Positions 47,712 to 58,798 are shown, counted from the stretch's first letter. The stretch is 64,000 bases of DNA from a virus (IMGVR_UViG_3300050144_000109:32001-96000), one strand, 5' to 3'. Notes: generated by a model not told the origin, from the letters alone. Numbers and translations: made by a program.

Positions 47712-48260
47712 CTAGTTATTTTTTACTAGTCTCATCTCCACAACGACATTGCTCTTGAGCTTGATCCCCTTGATCTGGAGGATTGGAGCGTGCGTACAGA
47801 CTGCGAAATTAGGCTGGTGCGTCCCGATGTACTGCGCGAAGAAATCAGGGCCTTCAGAGCCCATGCTGAACCAGAGACGGTCACTGTAGTACCAGTCTTG
47901 CTTGGAGTCAATCTTCGTCAACTCTTTGAACTCCATGATTTCCTTAGAGTTCAAAATGACAGGATCAATGTGTGACCAGAACGCGTACAAGTCGTAAAAC
48001 GAACCCAACTCAGTCTTGGTGACATCTGCCATGAACACCAGTTCTTGCTTAAAGGCACGTGCACTGGTATCGCCACTTTTTTGTAGCTCGCTGAGTAGAC
48101 TTGATTTCTCACTCAAGTCTATTTTGAGGAGTTGCAGCGTTTCCAGCAAACAAAGGTTACCGAACACAGCACCGAACGGTGTTCCACCAAGCGGAGGAGC
48201 ATCGTTGAACATGTCCATGGTGGTCAAGCCCGTAGAAGTAGAACCAACGTAGTTTAACAT
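47712..48260 (-). CDS. Hypothetical protein
   Basis: 182-aa ORF with aagga RBS. Confidence 0.65.
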   Translation of the reverse strand: MLNYVGSTSTGLTTMDMFNDAPPLGGTPFGAVFGNLCLLETLQLLKIDLSEKSSLLSELQKSGDTSARAFKQELVFMADVTKTELGSFYDLYAFWSHIDPVILNSKEIMEFKELTKIDSKQDWYYSDRLWFSMGSEGPDFFAQYIGTHQPNFAVCTHAPILQIKGIKLKSNVVVEMRLVKNN

Positions 48261-48396
48261 TTCAAGCTTCCTTCAGGTCAGTTAAAGGGATGGTGGGGAA
48301 ATGATTTGACTCTAGCGTCATTCCCTAAAGAATGATTCGCTATGCCTATTCGTTTTTATAATGTGTGTTTGTGAAATTTTGGAGAACGTATTTATC

Positions 48397-49230
48397 ATGG
48401 ATGCCATACAGAAAGCCATCAGTGATGTCAAGTTCAAAATCCCAAGGGCTGTACTGGAGAAGACCTTCATCAATCGGATCTCTAACTTTGGAGCAATCAA
48501 CCAGTTCAACTTGGACTCGCAGATTCTAGACTTGGTGGTGAAGCCCAGAGTCTTGACGGATTGCAACATCCTTGGAGGGACTCAGGTCCTCATCTCGATT
48601 GGAGATCTTCCCTACGATCGTCCCGATAACTCTACCACTGTGGTCCGCATTCCAAAGAGCAGGACCGGCGGCAAGAGCATCATCACTGCATTGCATGTCT
48701 CGTTCCTAAGTCCTACACAAGTGGGTGCATGGGGTAGCATGATGGGGGTTGGCACTGGTGTGGGTGGTGGGAACTACGCAGACAACTCTGCGCTAATGAC
48801 CTCTGCTTCAGCCGTCATGGCAGCAGTGGATAAGATTCCTGTCACATCTTCAGCACGGGTCTCCTTGATTGCAGAGAACACCATTGCTGTCAAAGACGTG
48901 ATGAACCTACCTTTAAATTCTTATCTGCGCTGCGTCGTCGGCAATGATGAAAATCTCAACAACATTCAAATCAAATCTCATCTGGCTTTCTCTAAGTTAG
49001 TTGAGCTTGCTGTCAAGTCCTATGTCTACAACACGCTCATCATTGAGATTGACATGGCGGAGCTTCAAGGCGGCTACAACCTAGGCGTCTTCAAGTCCAT
49101 CATTGAGGGCTACTCAGAGGCCGAGCAAAACTACCAAGATTACTTGAAAGACCAATGGCAAGCCATTGCGTTCATGAACGACAATGAAACTTATCGCCGG
49201 TATGTCAAGATGATGATCTCAAACCGTTAA
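48397..49230 (+). CDS. Conserved phiKZ-like virion protein
   Basis: ggag RBS before MDAIQKAI; 277 aa. Confidence 0.65.
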   Translation: MDAIQKAISDVKFKIPRAVLEKTFINRISNFGAINQFNLDSQILDLVVKPRVLTDCNILGGTQVLISIGDLPYDRPDNSTTVVRIPKSRTGGKSIITALHVSFLSPTQVGAWGSMMGVGTGVGGGNYADNSALMTSASAVMAAVDKIPVTSSARVSLIAENTIAVKDVMNLPLNSYLRCVVGNDENLNNIQIKSHLAFSKLVELAVKSYVYNTLIIEIDMAELQGGYNLGVFKSIIEGYSEAEQNYQDYLKDQWQAIAFMNDNETYRRYVKMMISNR

Positions 49231-49283
49231 GAGTCCCCCCCCTTCTTTTTTTTTTCTTTGTCTCACCCAACTCAGGAGTATTT

Positions 49284-49745
49284 ATGTCGACAGAACAAGA
49301 GCAAAAACAAACACCCATCATCGATCTCAGCGAAGGTAAAATGCTGGTGGTGGATGGGTCCCTCAGTTTGAAGTGCACCCAGGCTCTCATGGAGGTCTAC
49401 AAGAAAGAGACTTCTGATGAGGTTGGGTTTGCACTGGAGTCCCAGGCAGAAGACTTGGTCAACCAAGTCGGCATGTGGCAGGCGCTGGCAGTATCCAACA
49501 ACCAACCCAAGGATGCCGACATCGGTATCTTCTATGCCACCAAAGGCAGTGAAACAGGTGTCAGTGATGTGGTCCGAATGCTAGACGCTACACAGGACAT
49601 GAGTCCTGAACAGAAAGCAATTTCTGCCTTGATGATCGACCGGTCTGAAGGCACCAATTACTGGGCCAGTGCACTGGAGAAATTTGCGCTGTCCAAAGAT
49701 ATTCAAGTCATCGGGTCTGTTAAAGACTACTGCGTCGCACTGTAA
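49284..49745 (+). CDS. Hypothetical protein, possible head protein (ALE motif)
   Basis: aggag RBS; GFALESQ resembles a protease cleavage motif. Confidence 0.6.
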   Translation: MSTEQEQKQTPIIDLSEGKMLVVDGSLSLKCTQALMEVYKKETSDEVGFALESQAEDLVNQVGMWQALAVSNNQPKDADIGIFYATKGSETGVSDVVRMLDATQDMSPEQKAISALMIDRSEGTNYWASALEKFALSKDIQVIGSVKDYCVAL

Positions 49746-49757
49746 GGAGCCTGTACC

Positions 49758-50987
49758 ATGCACACGGGCATCCGAGACATTTTTAATGAGGAGTGTGCAC
49801 ACGTTGTTTTTGACAAAGCACTCCTGAAGAAAATCTGTGAGATTGAAGCTGCGTTTGTCAACAAGAAACAAGAACACATCGAGTTCTTTGGTGGCAATAC
49901 CACAGGCGTTCAGGTGGTTCGTTTCACAGACCAAGACCGAGACCGGCTGTTCATCGATCTTTTAGAGGTCGATGAGAAAACACTAGAAGACAGAATCCAT
50001 GATCTTCCAGACATCAATCCAGAGTACAAGGTGTCTAGCAACATCTTCAACATCGCCTGTGTATGGGCCATGTATGGGTTTGAGAACTCTAAACATTTAG
50101 ACAAAGATCAAAAAGAAGAAGGCAAGATCCGAGTCGCACTGTATCTGAATTATAAAGTACTGACCTCAATCCTGTTTCGGTTTTTCAAATACCCAGCGAA
50201 TCCAGAGACTGCACAAGCTACCTATGCACAGCTCTCTTATAGATTCCTACTCAAAGCCAAAGGCTCCTGGTCAGCTACCCTGAGAAGCCGATCAGAAGAC
50301 ATTGTCAAGGCCGAATCAATCTGGTACCATGTCATCAAGAAACTGGATGATGACTATGAAGTAGTCAAGATGCTCAACGACATTCAGGGTCGCATCAAAG
50401 ACATCATTAAAAACATCTATTCTGTGTTCATCAAAGTACATGAGCAGGGCAATAAGATTTCAATGAGTTCTTCTCAAGTAGAAACAGACGGTGAACTCAT
50501 CCTGAAAGACCACACCCGTGGCAAAGGACTTTACCTCAGGTACATCAAAACCATCATCCCTGACAAGAACTCTTTTTTCAAACTAGAGTTGTTCGAGGTG
50601 ATCTGCTCCGTAGTACCCACCTCTCCAGAACACATGCTCAAGAACTCTTTGGCTTGGATGAGTGGGAACTATGCCCACGTCAAAGACAGTTGGCTAGAAG
50701 AGACGGTAGAAGACATCATGGAGCATGCATTGCAATACCTGGCTGAGAACAGAACGCTGCTCAAACACAAAGAAGACATCGGCTCTATCCTTCTGAAGCT
50801 CAGAGGGACTTACACCAGCTCACGGGCCAGTGATGAGAAGCTGATGGTCATCAAGGAGCATGTAGAGAAGATTGTCAAGCTGGCCACCAACAGCAAGAAC
50901 GATTCTGTCGTCGCTGCTGTGAGGACTGCATTTTGCTTGTATATCTTGCTCAGAACGTTCACCATGACTTACTACCAAAACAAATAA
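49758..50987 (+). CDS. Conserved phiKZ-like virion structural protein (gp32-like)
   Basis: 409 aa (EHIEFFGGN, LRGTYTSSR), aaggag RBS. Confidence 0.65.
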   Translation: MHTGIRDIFNEECAHVVFDKALLKKICEIEAAFVNKKQEHIEFFGGNTTGVQVVRFTDQDRDRLFIDLLEVDEKTLEDRIHDLPDINPEYKVSSNIFNIACVWAMYGFENSKHLDKDQKEEGKIRVALYLNYKVLTSILFRFFKYPANPETAQATYAQLSYRFLLKAKGSWSATLRSRSEDIVKAESIWYHVIKKLDDDYEVVKMLNDIQGRIKDIIKNIYSVFIKVHEQGNKISMSSSQVETDGELILKDHTRGKGLYLRYIKTIIPDKNSFFKLELFEVICSVVPTSPEHMLKNSLAWMSGNYAHVKDSWLEETVEDIMEHALQYLAENRTLLKHKEDIGSILLKLRGTYTSSRASDEKLMVIKEHVEKIVKLATNSKNDSVVAAVRTAFCLYILLRTFTMTYYQNK

Positions 50988-51002
50988 GGAATTACCTTCA
51001 TC

Positions 51003-51401
51003 ATGGCTGACCTGACAGACCTCATTGAACTAGGATTGAGTTCCTTGTTCGAATGGATTGAAAAATCCAAAACGACCCGCACCATTGTTCGCCAGCTTGA
51101 TGCTGACAAAACAAGGTATGAAGTCACAACAAATGCGGGCTATGGATTCTTCATCTACTGTGAAGAGCACCGCTTTGCTTATTGGAACGGTAGATCAATG
51201 CGCTCTACTTCCCCAAAGAGCATCTTCCGTGTCTACTGTCATTGCGATGAAAATACACCTGACGTCATTAGAAATAGATTGTCCAAGGTATTGGATTTAC
51301 CATGTCTTGTATCTAACTTTACATCGGTAGATTTCAAGAAAAAAGCAGCCATCAAGGCTTACTTGGATTTGATCCTGTCCGAAATGAAGAACGAACTCTG
51401 A
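51003..51401 (+). CDS. Hypothetical protein
   Basis: 132-aa ORF with aagga RBS. Confidence 0.6.
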   Translation: MADLTDLIELGLSSLFEWIEKSKTTRTIVRQLDADKTRYEVTTNAGYGFFIYCEEHRFAYWNGRSMRSTSPKSIFRVYCHCDENTPDVIRNRLSKVLDLPCLVSNFTSVDFKKKAAIKAYLDLILSEMKNEL

Positions 51402-51414
51402 ACATCATGTAGCT

Positions 51415-51463
51415 CCTCTGTACTCACGTTTAAGCATTAGACGCTTAAACGTGAGTACAGAGG
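51415..51463 (+). terminator. Long stem-loop upstream of terminase
   Basis: cctctgtactcacgtttaagc...gcttaaacgtgagtacagagg, 21-bp stem followed by ctcTTATG. Confidence 0.6.
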
Positions 51464-51512
51464 CTCTTATGCATTCTTTTATTTTCAACCAAACTAGTCA
51501 AGAGAAGCAACT

Positions 51513-53657
51513 ATGTCACTGATTCTATTTCAAGAAGATTGGCAACGCTACCCAAATGCCATCATTGACACTGAGACAAAGAACAGAAGCTGGATAGAGA
51601 AAGCCTACATGTTGAAAGACATGGGGGTTAAGAACCACGCGTTTCCATTGGCACTTCACAATCCAGCGCTTCTAGGCGTGGATCCCCACAGCGATTCGTT
51701 GTCACTCAAGATGATGGCCATGATTGCCGTGGAGTGCAGACAGAACTTCTGGTACACGGTCAGAAACGTCTGGAGGGCTCCAGCCAAGGCAGGTAACAAT
51801 ACCTCCCCCATTGAGGCCAACCGTGCCAACTTGTCGATGTGGTGGTGCTTCTTCAACCACATTACGTACATACTGACGCAACCTCGTCAGACAGGCAAGT
51901 CCTTCTGCACTGACATCCTGATGAATTCTCTCATGAACTTTACTTGTGAAAATACACAGATCAACTTGCTGACCAAAGATGAAACCCTTCGAAATGAAAA
52001 CGTCAAACGCATCAAAGAGATCTATGAGGAACTCCCAGAGTACCTGAACTTCAAGACAAGGAACGATGCCAACAACACAGAAACTGTCACAGTCAACCGG
52101 TTCAACAATACCTACCTCACACACGTCGCACAGGCGTCCTCCAAGCGTGCCAGAAACACCATGCGGGGTCAGACCTCTCCAATTGTGCACATCGACGAAG
52201 CACCCTTCCAAGTCAACATTGATCTATCGTTGGGTGCAGCACTCCCAGCCATGGGCGCAGTCTGTGAGAAAGCAGAACTCAACGGAGAGCCATACGGCGT
52301 CATCTTCACAACAACCTCGGGAAAGAAAGATGAACCCAGTGGCAAGTACATGTACAACTACATCACGGATTCGGCCGTGTGGTCAGAGCGGTTCTACGAT
52401 GCAAAGAATCGGCAAGAGCTTGAAGAGATGGTCAGAAAGAATTCTAGAAAAGGTGCATTGAAAATCTATGGCTGCTTCAATCATAGGCAGCTGGGTAAGA
52501 GTGACGAATGGGTGAAAGCACAGATTGAGCGTTCTGGACAAACACCAGACGAAGCCAATCGCGATTACTTCTGTATTTGGACAGCCGGTACAGAGTCTTC
52601 ACCGCTGAGCTTAGACATTCTAGAAAAGCTCGTCAAGTATAAAACTCCAGAATGCTTCCAACAGATCCATCCAATTGGAAGTTACATTCTGCGTTGGTAC
52701 TTGATTGAAAGTGTGATCAAGAAGTACATGAGCGAAACACCCATTGTGGTGGGTATTGACACTAGTGATGCCTCTGGTGGGGATGATATCTCTATTGTTG
52801 GCACAGACGCTACCAATGGCGCAGTGGTGTTCACAGGCACCTACAATGAAACCAACCTCATCACATTCTCGCAGTGGTTGGTGCACTTGCTGGAGAAGTA
52901 TCCCAACATCACCATGAACATTGAGCGTAGAAGCTCAGGCATCACAATCCTAGACTATCTGTTATTGTTCTTACCCCAAAAGGGAATTGATCCTTTTGCA
53001 CGACTGTTCAACTGGGTCATCAATGACCCCATGGAACACAAAGCGCTCTATGATGAAGTCAGACTGCCTATGCGCAGGCGCAGCGAAGACCTGTACGTCA
53101 GAGCAAAGAAGTATTTCGGATTTGCTACTTCGGGTGGCGGTCAGACGAACCGTGCGGATTTGTATTCAAAGACGCTAGTGAATGCATGCAGGCGTTGTGC
53201 GCACTTGGTGAGAGACCAATACCTGATTGATCAGATCACTGGACTGGTTATTAAGAATGGTCGTGTTGACCATGAGGACGGTAAACATGATGACTTGGTG
53301 ATTGGATTCTTGCTTTGTCACTGGCTGCTCACCATGGGGAAGAATTTAAACTACTACGGTATTTCACCTGCTGAAGTGTTGGTAGAGCACCGCACGCAAG
53401 CTGCAATCAGTGCTGAGAAAGCTTACTCACATTACGAACAGCAAATGATCAGAGAGCGTATGCAGCGTGTCTATGAAGACATGAGTGCAGAGTCTGATGA
53501 AACAATTCTTTACAAGCTAGAGTCTGAGTTGAGGTTTTTGGATTCTAGAAGAGTCATGGAAGACGGGGAAGACTTCTCTGTTGACTCTGCTTTGGAAGAA
53601 CTAAAAAAGAAAAAGAAAACAGCAAAGTCCCAATACGGGTACTACAACTTTAATTAA
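51513..53657 (+). CDS. terL: Terminase large subunit (phiKZ gp25-like)
   Basis: Walker A QPRQTGKS, Walker B HIDEAPF, TTT coupling motif, nuclease VGIDTS...HDDLV. Confidence 0.93.
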   Translation: MSLILFQEDWQRYPNAIIDTETKNRSWIEKAYMLKDMGVKNHAFPLALHNPALLGVDPHSDSLSLKMMAMIAVECRQNFWYTVRNVWRAPAKAGNNTSPIEANRANLSMWWCFFNHITYILTQPRQTGKSFCTDILMNSLMNFTCENTQINLLTKDETLRNENVKRIKEIYEELPEYLNFKTRNDANNTETVTVNRFNNTYLTHVAQASSKRARNTMRGQTSPIVHIDEAPFQVNIDLSLGAALPAMGAVCEKAELNGEPYGVIFTTTSGKKDEPSGKYMYNYITDSAVWSERFYDAKNRQELEEMVRKNSRKGALKIYGCFNHRQLGKSDEWVKAQIERSGQTPDEANRDYFCIWTAGTESSPLSLDILEKLVKYKTPECFQQIHPIGSYILRWYLIESVIKKYMSETPIVVGIDTSDASGGDDISIVGTDATNGAVVFTGTYNETNLITFSQWLVHLLEKYPNITMNIERRSSGITILDYLLLFLPQKGIDPFARLFNWVINDPMEHKALYDEVRLPMRRRSEDLYVRAKKYFGFATSGGGQTNRADLYSKTLVNACRRCAHLVRDQYLIDQITGLVIKNGRVDHEDGKHDDLVIGFLLCHWLLTMGKNLNYYGISPAEVLVEHRTQAAISAEKAYSHYEQQMIRERMQRVYEDMSAESDETILYKLESELRFLDSRRVMEDGEDFSVDSALEELKKKKKTAKSQYGYYNFN

Positions 53658-53671
53658 AAACTAAGCATAGT

Positions 53672-53709
53672 GAGGAGTAGACGGCGCGTTTCTGCGCCGT
53701 CTACTCCTC
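53672..53709. terminator. Stem-loop between convergent genes
   Basis: gaggagtagacggcgc...gcgccgtctactcctc. Confidence 0.72.
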
Positions 53710-53728
53710 CAATCACTGTGACAAAATC

Positions 53729-54301
53729 TTAACTATCAAATCCAAACACAAAACGGATTTCACCATGCGTTTCTTTGAGCCGCTTAACCTCATCAAAGAA
53801 GTATTTGACTCCTTCTTTTAGATTTTCAACCCATTCAATATGAACATCTGTGTAGTCTGGAAACATCTCTTTTTCTACAGCACTATCGTTGATCACTCTG
53901 ATGCCAGGCCCACTGCGACTATAACAATAGTCATCAGGGGGTGTTTTTCCATCCCATGCAATGTAAGCTTTTCTGGAAATAATCCCACACCGCCCGACAG
54001 TAATTTCAGGGCCGTTATACCAGTCCAGCATTTCTTTATCACTTAACCAAGAAAATGAATGATCCCCAAAATCACACATCTCTTCCATTTCCATGATTCT
54101 TTTTTCTTTAGGGAGTCCTTTTGGCTCTGAGATTGGAACTACTGCATCACCAGTGGGTATTCCTGCGAAACCATATCCGTTTCGAACATCTGCCAAAATG
54201 GCAAATAACTGGTAGTGTCGGTTAAATTCAAATTCAGTTTCAACAGTTTCCCACTTGTTATCGATCTTTGCTTGGAAAACGCCATGAATGTCGGTACCCA
54301 T
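53729..54301 (-). CDS. Hypothetical phage protein (accessory)
   Basis: MGTDIH...RHYQLFAILADVRNG...RFVFGFDS; aaggag RBS; own promoter motif. Confidence 0.7.
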   Translation of the reverse strand: MGTDIHGVFQAKIDNKWETVETEFEFNRHYQLFAILADVRNGYGFAGIPTGDAVVPISEPKGLPKEKRIMEMEEMCDFGDHSFSWLSDKEMLDWYNGPEITVGRCGIISRKAYIAWDGKTPPDDYCYSRSGPGIRVINDSAVEKEMFPDYTDVHIEWVENLKEGVKYFFDEVKRLKETHGEIRFVFGFDS

Positions 54302-54353
54302 TTAACTACTCCTTTGTGCTTTTGCACGTGGTTGATAAAGCCATACTTCAGAT

Positions 54354-54384
54354 TAGTGATATGTGACTATGATTTTTTGCAATC
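54354..54384 (-). promoter_or_regulatory. Putative early promoter
   Basis: Minus strand gattgcaaaaaatcatagtcacatatcacta. Confidence 0.7.
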
Positions 54385-54460
54385 TGGTTTGAGATAAAGG
54401 ACATAAAGGACACAGAGCTTCCAGCAACGGAAAGCTCTGTGTCCTTCTGCCGTCTAAAGT

Positions 54461-56179
54461 TTAAACAATCACATTTCCTGACACGTCCACGTAGTAGACT
54501 GGCATGCCTGCAATCGAGAGCTGCAAGTCTTGTGTCGGTGTTCTCTTGATGAACTGTACAAACACAGTCGATGAGTTCGCTACATTCGCACTGATGGTCA
54601 AGTTGTCTGACCATTGTGCAATTGAGTATTCAGTTCTAACACTTCCCACCATCACTACAAAATGTGTAGGTGTCAGCGGACCAGTTTCTGTCGTTGGGTT
54701 GTACAAAGGCTGTGTCTTCAGATAAACCTTGTTCAACCAATCGTTCAAATTAGTTTGCTTGTTTGCTAAATTCAAGCGATACGTGTTTGAGCCGATGAAG
54801 TATGCAGCAGCGTAAGTGTCTTGACCATAACGTGGAGACTGGTCAGGACTGAACCCAATCAGCCAATTGGTCAGTCTTTCAGTACCCTGCCTTGCAATGA
54901 CCACGTCCACAGTTTGTGTGTGGATATAGCTCTTGTAGATGCCGTTGACATCCTTCAAGTTCACCGACACACTCAAGTGTTGCAGCACACCGTAAGCGAT
55001 CGGGTCATACGGCGTGACTGCAGTATTGATGACCACATTCGTTGTCACATCGTAGAAGATATCTCGACTCAGGTTATACATGTACCACTTCAGACGGTAG
55101 CCTGAGACAGAATCAACCCAAACTGGGTACGGGAACAACTTGACTCCGTACGTACCGTCTGCACTGAGCGTCACAGCCTCATAAGCTGCTGAGATGTGTG
55201 TATCTGCGCCAGCAATGGCTGAGTAGTTGTACTCATTTGGAGCCAAAGAATACTTCAGCACCAATTTGATTCTTTGACCAATCACCGTAGCCACATATTG
55301 ATCCAAGCCAAACAACGTGAACTTGGTGCCGTCGACTGGATACTCTTTGACTTCACCATTGGAGTAAGTCACGACTCCAATCAAGTTCAAGCTGTTCAGA
55401 GGAACATTGATCGGATACTGAATCAGCCTAGCGTTGGTGGATGCGATGAAAGGTGACCTCAGCGAGATACCGATGATGTACTTCATGTCCGCATCCGCTG
55501 AGCGAATGTAGGCAGTGTTCTCGACCAGCAATTGCCTCTTAGAGACGACAAAACCAGCCGCATCATAGAAGATTGCTGTAACAAGTTCTCCGTCGTCTAG
55601 GGGGGCTGTGGTATAGGCTGGTGCGACTGTCTTGATGGTCTTGTTGTCCAGCAGTTGAGTCGCTGCAAGCTCCAGCGCAATGTTTTCACTGACCAACTGA
55701 CCACTCGTGTCATACACACGAGAGATCACATTGCCTGTATCTGAAGAAACATCAGAGCCCCTGAAGATCTTACAATAGTTACACATGCTGCCAGCCACCT
55801 TCAGCCTAGCATCCACACTCATGCGGTAAGGGCTTACAGACTGGTCCACATACACCCGGTACGTGTCCGACTGCTGGCCAGGACCCACCCCAATCAAGAC
55901 GTCATCTGGAGTGAAGTATGCATTGGGGGAGTTTACCTCCTCTGCCAAGAACACAGGCACCATGGTACTGGGGTTGATGTCCTTGACAATGAACTTGGCA
56001 ATGTGAACGCCAGTGATCTCAATGACAAGATCCCCGATCTTTGGAACGTATTTGTTTTCTGCAACGTGACCTAAGTAAATTTCACTCATATTCCAGATTT
56101 GCCACTTAGCATCTGGATTGTAAATCGGAGAGATGTTGTCAATGCCGACAACGCCCCCTACGTTCAAAGGAGTTGGCAT
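54461..56179 (-). CDS. Virion structural protein (phiKZ gp26-like)
   Basis: 572-aa beta-rich ORF; size and synteny between terminase and sheath. Confidence 0.72.
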   Translation of the reverse strand: MPTPLNVGGVVGIDNISPIYNPDAKWQIWNMSEIYLGHVAENKYVPKIGDLVIEITGVHIAKFIVKDINPSTMVPVFLAEEVNSPNAYFTPDDVLIGVGPGQQSDTYRVYVDQSVSPYRMSVDARLKVAGSMCNYCKIFRGSDVSSDTGNVISRVYDTSGQLVSENIALELAATQLLDNKTIKTVAPAYTTAPLDDGELVTAIFYDAAGFVVSKRQLLVENTAYIRSADADMKYIIGISLRSPFIASTNARLIQYPINVPLNSLNLIGVVTYSNGEVKEYPVDGTKFTLFGLDQYVATVIGQRIKLVLKYSLAPNEYNYSAIAGADTHISAAYEAVTLSADGTYGVKLFPYPVWVDSVSGYRLKWYMYNLSRDIFYDVTTNVVINTAVTPYDPIAYGVLQHLSVSVNLKDVNGIYKSYIHTQTVDVVIARQGTERLTNWLIGFSPDQSPRYGQDTYAAAYFIGSNTYRLNLANKQTNLNDWLNKVYLKTQPLYNPTTETGPLTPTHFVVMVGSVRTEYSIAQWSDNLTISANVANSSTVFVQFIKRTPTQDLQLSIAGMPVYYVDVSGNVIV

Positions 56180-56215
56180 GGTGTTTGGTCCTAAAGAAGA
56201 AAACAGTTATTCTAA

Positions 56216-58792
56216 TCAAACAATTTTAGCATAGTTGGACAGTTCTGTCAAACCCTTGGCATAAATCAGGATGACTCTGTTCATGAAAGCATACTGTTGA
56301 ATCGTGAGATTGACTTCTGTAGAAAAACAATGTGGGTGAATGATCACGTATTGCTGGTCAGGCAGATTGTCTGCAATGATGGGGTCAAATGACAGGAGGT
56401 AAGTGTATTCTTTCAAGCAATCACTGACTTGTGCGTTCGAATATTGCTTGTTTAAGAAGTCAGGCACTAGGACACCCAACTTCAAATCCATCATGACCTT
56501 GCAAATGAAAGGGGAATAGACTTTGTAGTAATTGACAATCGGCGATAAACCCGTTGGATTGACTGTGCCTAGCTTAGCAGTCATGTAGTTGCCGATGACC
56601 GTATCAATGTCCCTAGAACGTTCTCTGATGGCGTACGAATCTTCTCCAGTGATGTCTTTCAAAGGAACAATCACGTCCTTGATCAGGTATGGTTTACCGT
56701 TGAGTGCGTTCAGTGTAGAGAAGGTACCGGCATCCTCATTGAAAACCAAATCTTCTTTGACTCTGATGCCACCATTGACTTGAATCTTGATGACTTTGTC
56801 ATCACGGATGTCATATTGGTGGTCCACAGAAAGTACACCCCCCATGACAAACCCAAACTCATTGGCATCTGTCAGTTCTAGGGTGCTCTTACAGAGTCCT
56901 TTGAACCGAACAACCACGGTTTGCTTGCCCGTACTTCGAATGTATTCCTTGTTGGTGATGATGACTGCTGGGTACTTGACAAAGTAGTCCAAGTTCTGAA
57001 TCAGGAGTCTACCATTCAGGAAAATATCCAACTCCCCCATGGGGACTTCGAGCACACGCATGGTGTTGACGCCATTGATCAAGCGCCTGCTATACAGGTT
57101 GAACTCCATGAGGCCATCTACCAAGTCAAACTCTTGGGTATAGAGCAGTGCTGCCTTGTTGGTGCGCACTAAAGTCTGACTCATCGAGTTGACAGCCCAG
57201 GTGGCTACACCGTCTACAATGGAGTACTTGCTAAAATCATTGGTAACGTCTGTCCAAGTCTGAGCCTGGGCATTTGAAGTCTTCGGACAGGTATAAAAAC
57301 GGTAATCATAACGATCGTCAATGATGATAGTTCTCACATTGAGGTAGTCATCTAGAATTTCTTTGCATTCGCCACGAATAAACTCCACGTACTTGGCACC
57401 AGGGTTCACACAGTTGTAATAGCTGCCAGCCACATGGTAGCTCCATCCCAAAAGCAGCCCATTCACATCGTATTCAAACCCAGTACAGTCTGTTTGATAG
57501 GCAAATGGCTGTTTGGTGACGACCTGGCCACTGAAAACATACGTCTTCAGAACAGGTTCAGCCACTAGTTTTGCAATAGCATTGTATCCATAAGCACCAG
57601 TCACTAAACTCTTGCTGACATTGAAGTAATTCGACCCCATGAGTCCCACATAAGGACTGGCTTCAAGTGTAGAAGCTTTCCACATGGGTACGGTAGAGTC
57701 AACGCCCAGCATGGCTGACTGGATATTGGTGTCTGCAAGCTTATAGAGTTCTTTGATTCTCAGATTCTCGTCAATAAGAGCACGAGAAAATCCAGAGTTT
57801 CTGAACTTCAACTGAATCACTGCGTTCTGTACCGTCAGTACCGCAGGGTTTGCTTCAATGATGGCTCTGACTTGACTCACTGGGGTCGAGTAGTCACGAT
57901 GTGTGACATTCCTGAGTGTCAGTGGATTGTTCTTGTGGTAATAAACGCCTTCGTTCGTATTCTTATCGATAATGAAGCAGTCAATGTCGTCTTGAAAATC
58001 AATTGTGCCGACATCAGCACCTGGATAATGCAGAAGGTACTTCCCAACGGAATGCACCGATGAGTTGAATGTATTCAAATCCGACACAGTGTAGCGCACG
58101 GTCTTGTACACTGAGGTATCACGCACCATCTCTACAACATCACCTGGCTTGCAAGTCACCAAAGATAGCGTATTGATTTTATAGCCATTCCTGTAGACTG
58201 TTACATCCCCAAGCAAAGCGACTTTCTGGTTATAATCCACCTGCATTGACAGTATGTCTGCAGTCGCTGCAGTCACCATGCCGCGAATATAGATTTCTTG
58301 CGCAGCAGCGTTGCTTCGCACACTGTTAAAGTATGCGTTTCTATATACCCGCATATACACAGGCACTCTGCCAAACTCAATTGTAGAAGCCGTCGTGTTA
58401 TACTTCCCAATCTGACGCAATTCCTTGATTGCAACAATGATGTTTCTCTCTTCTGTCACCATGTAGTACGCTTGTGACAAAGGAAAGCAAACCCCAGTGC
58501 TGGTGTAGAGCTGACACACGACACTCACACGCATGCAAGCGTCACTGAGCTTAGTCCAAGTATACATGCGTGGAAACAAATCCACAATGGCAGGATGCAC
58601 TTGCCCAATTTGAAACAAATGGAACCGGACACCGGGCTCAGGTACCACAAATGAAGTCATCAAAGCCTTCCAGCTTCTAGACACTCCGGAGTACCCGGTG
58701 AGCCTAGCCAACTGGAAGATGATCTGGTTGTCTTGATCAGGCACACACCACACATTCTTCAGTGCATGGTCAACCAAATAGTCTTGACTCAT
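56216..58792 (-). CDS. Virion structural protein (phiKZ gp27-like)
   Basis: 858 aa starting HALKNVWC.P.QD; size and synteny. Confidence 0.75.
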   Translation of the reverse strand: MSQDYLVDHALKNVWCVPDQDNQIIFQLARLTGYSGVSRSWKALMTSFVVPEPGVRFHLFQIGQVHPAIVDLFPRMYTWTKLSDACMRVSVVCQLYTSTGVCFPLSQAYYMVTEERNIIVAIKELRQIGKYNTTASTIEFGRVPVYMRVYRNAYFNSVRSNAAAQEIYIRGMVTAATADILSMQVDYNQKVALLGDVTVYRNGYKINTLSLVTCKPGDVVEMVRDTSVYKTVRYTVSDLNTFNSSVHSVGKYLLHYPGADVGTIDFQDDIDCFIIDKNTNEGVYYHKNNPLTLRNVTHRDYSTPVSQVRAIIEANPAVLTVQNAVIQLKFRNSGFSRALIDENLRIKELYKLADTNIQSAMLGVDSTVPMWKASTLEASPYVGLMGSNYFNVSKSLVTGAYGYNAIAKLVAEPVLKTYVFSGQVVTKQPFAYQTDCTGFEYDVNGLLLGWSYHVAGSYYNCVNPGAKYVEFIRGECKEILDDYLNVRTIIIDDRYDYRFYTCPKTSNAQAQTWTDVTNDFSKYSIVDGVATWAVNSMSQTLVRTNKAALLYTQEFDLVDGLMEFNLYSRRLINGVNTMRVLEVPMGELDIFLNGRLLIQNLDYFVKYPAVIITNKEYIRSTGKQTVVVRFKGLCKSTLELTDANEFGFVMGGVLSVDHQYDIRDDKVIKIQVNGGIRVKEDLVFNEDAGTFSTLNALNGKPYLIKDVIVPLKDITGEDSYAIRERSRDIDTVIGNYMTAKLGTVNPTGLSPIVNYYKVYSPFICKVMMDLKLGVLVPDFLNKQYSNAQVSDCLKEYTYLLSFDPIIADNLPDQQYVIIHPHCFSTEVNLTIQQYAFMNRVILIYAKGLTELSNYAKIV

Positions 58793-58798
58793 AGCGGC

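Noticed and set aside
48700-48780. GVGTGVGGG as a tubulin signature
   Set aside because: No other tubulin motifs; a Gly-rich loop in a probable virion protein.
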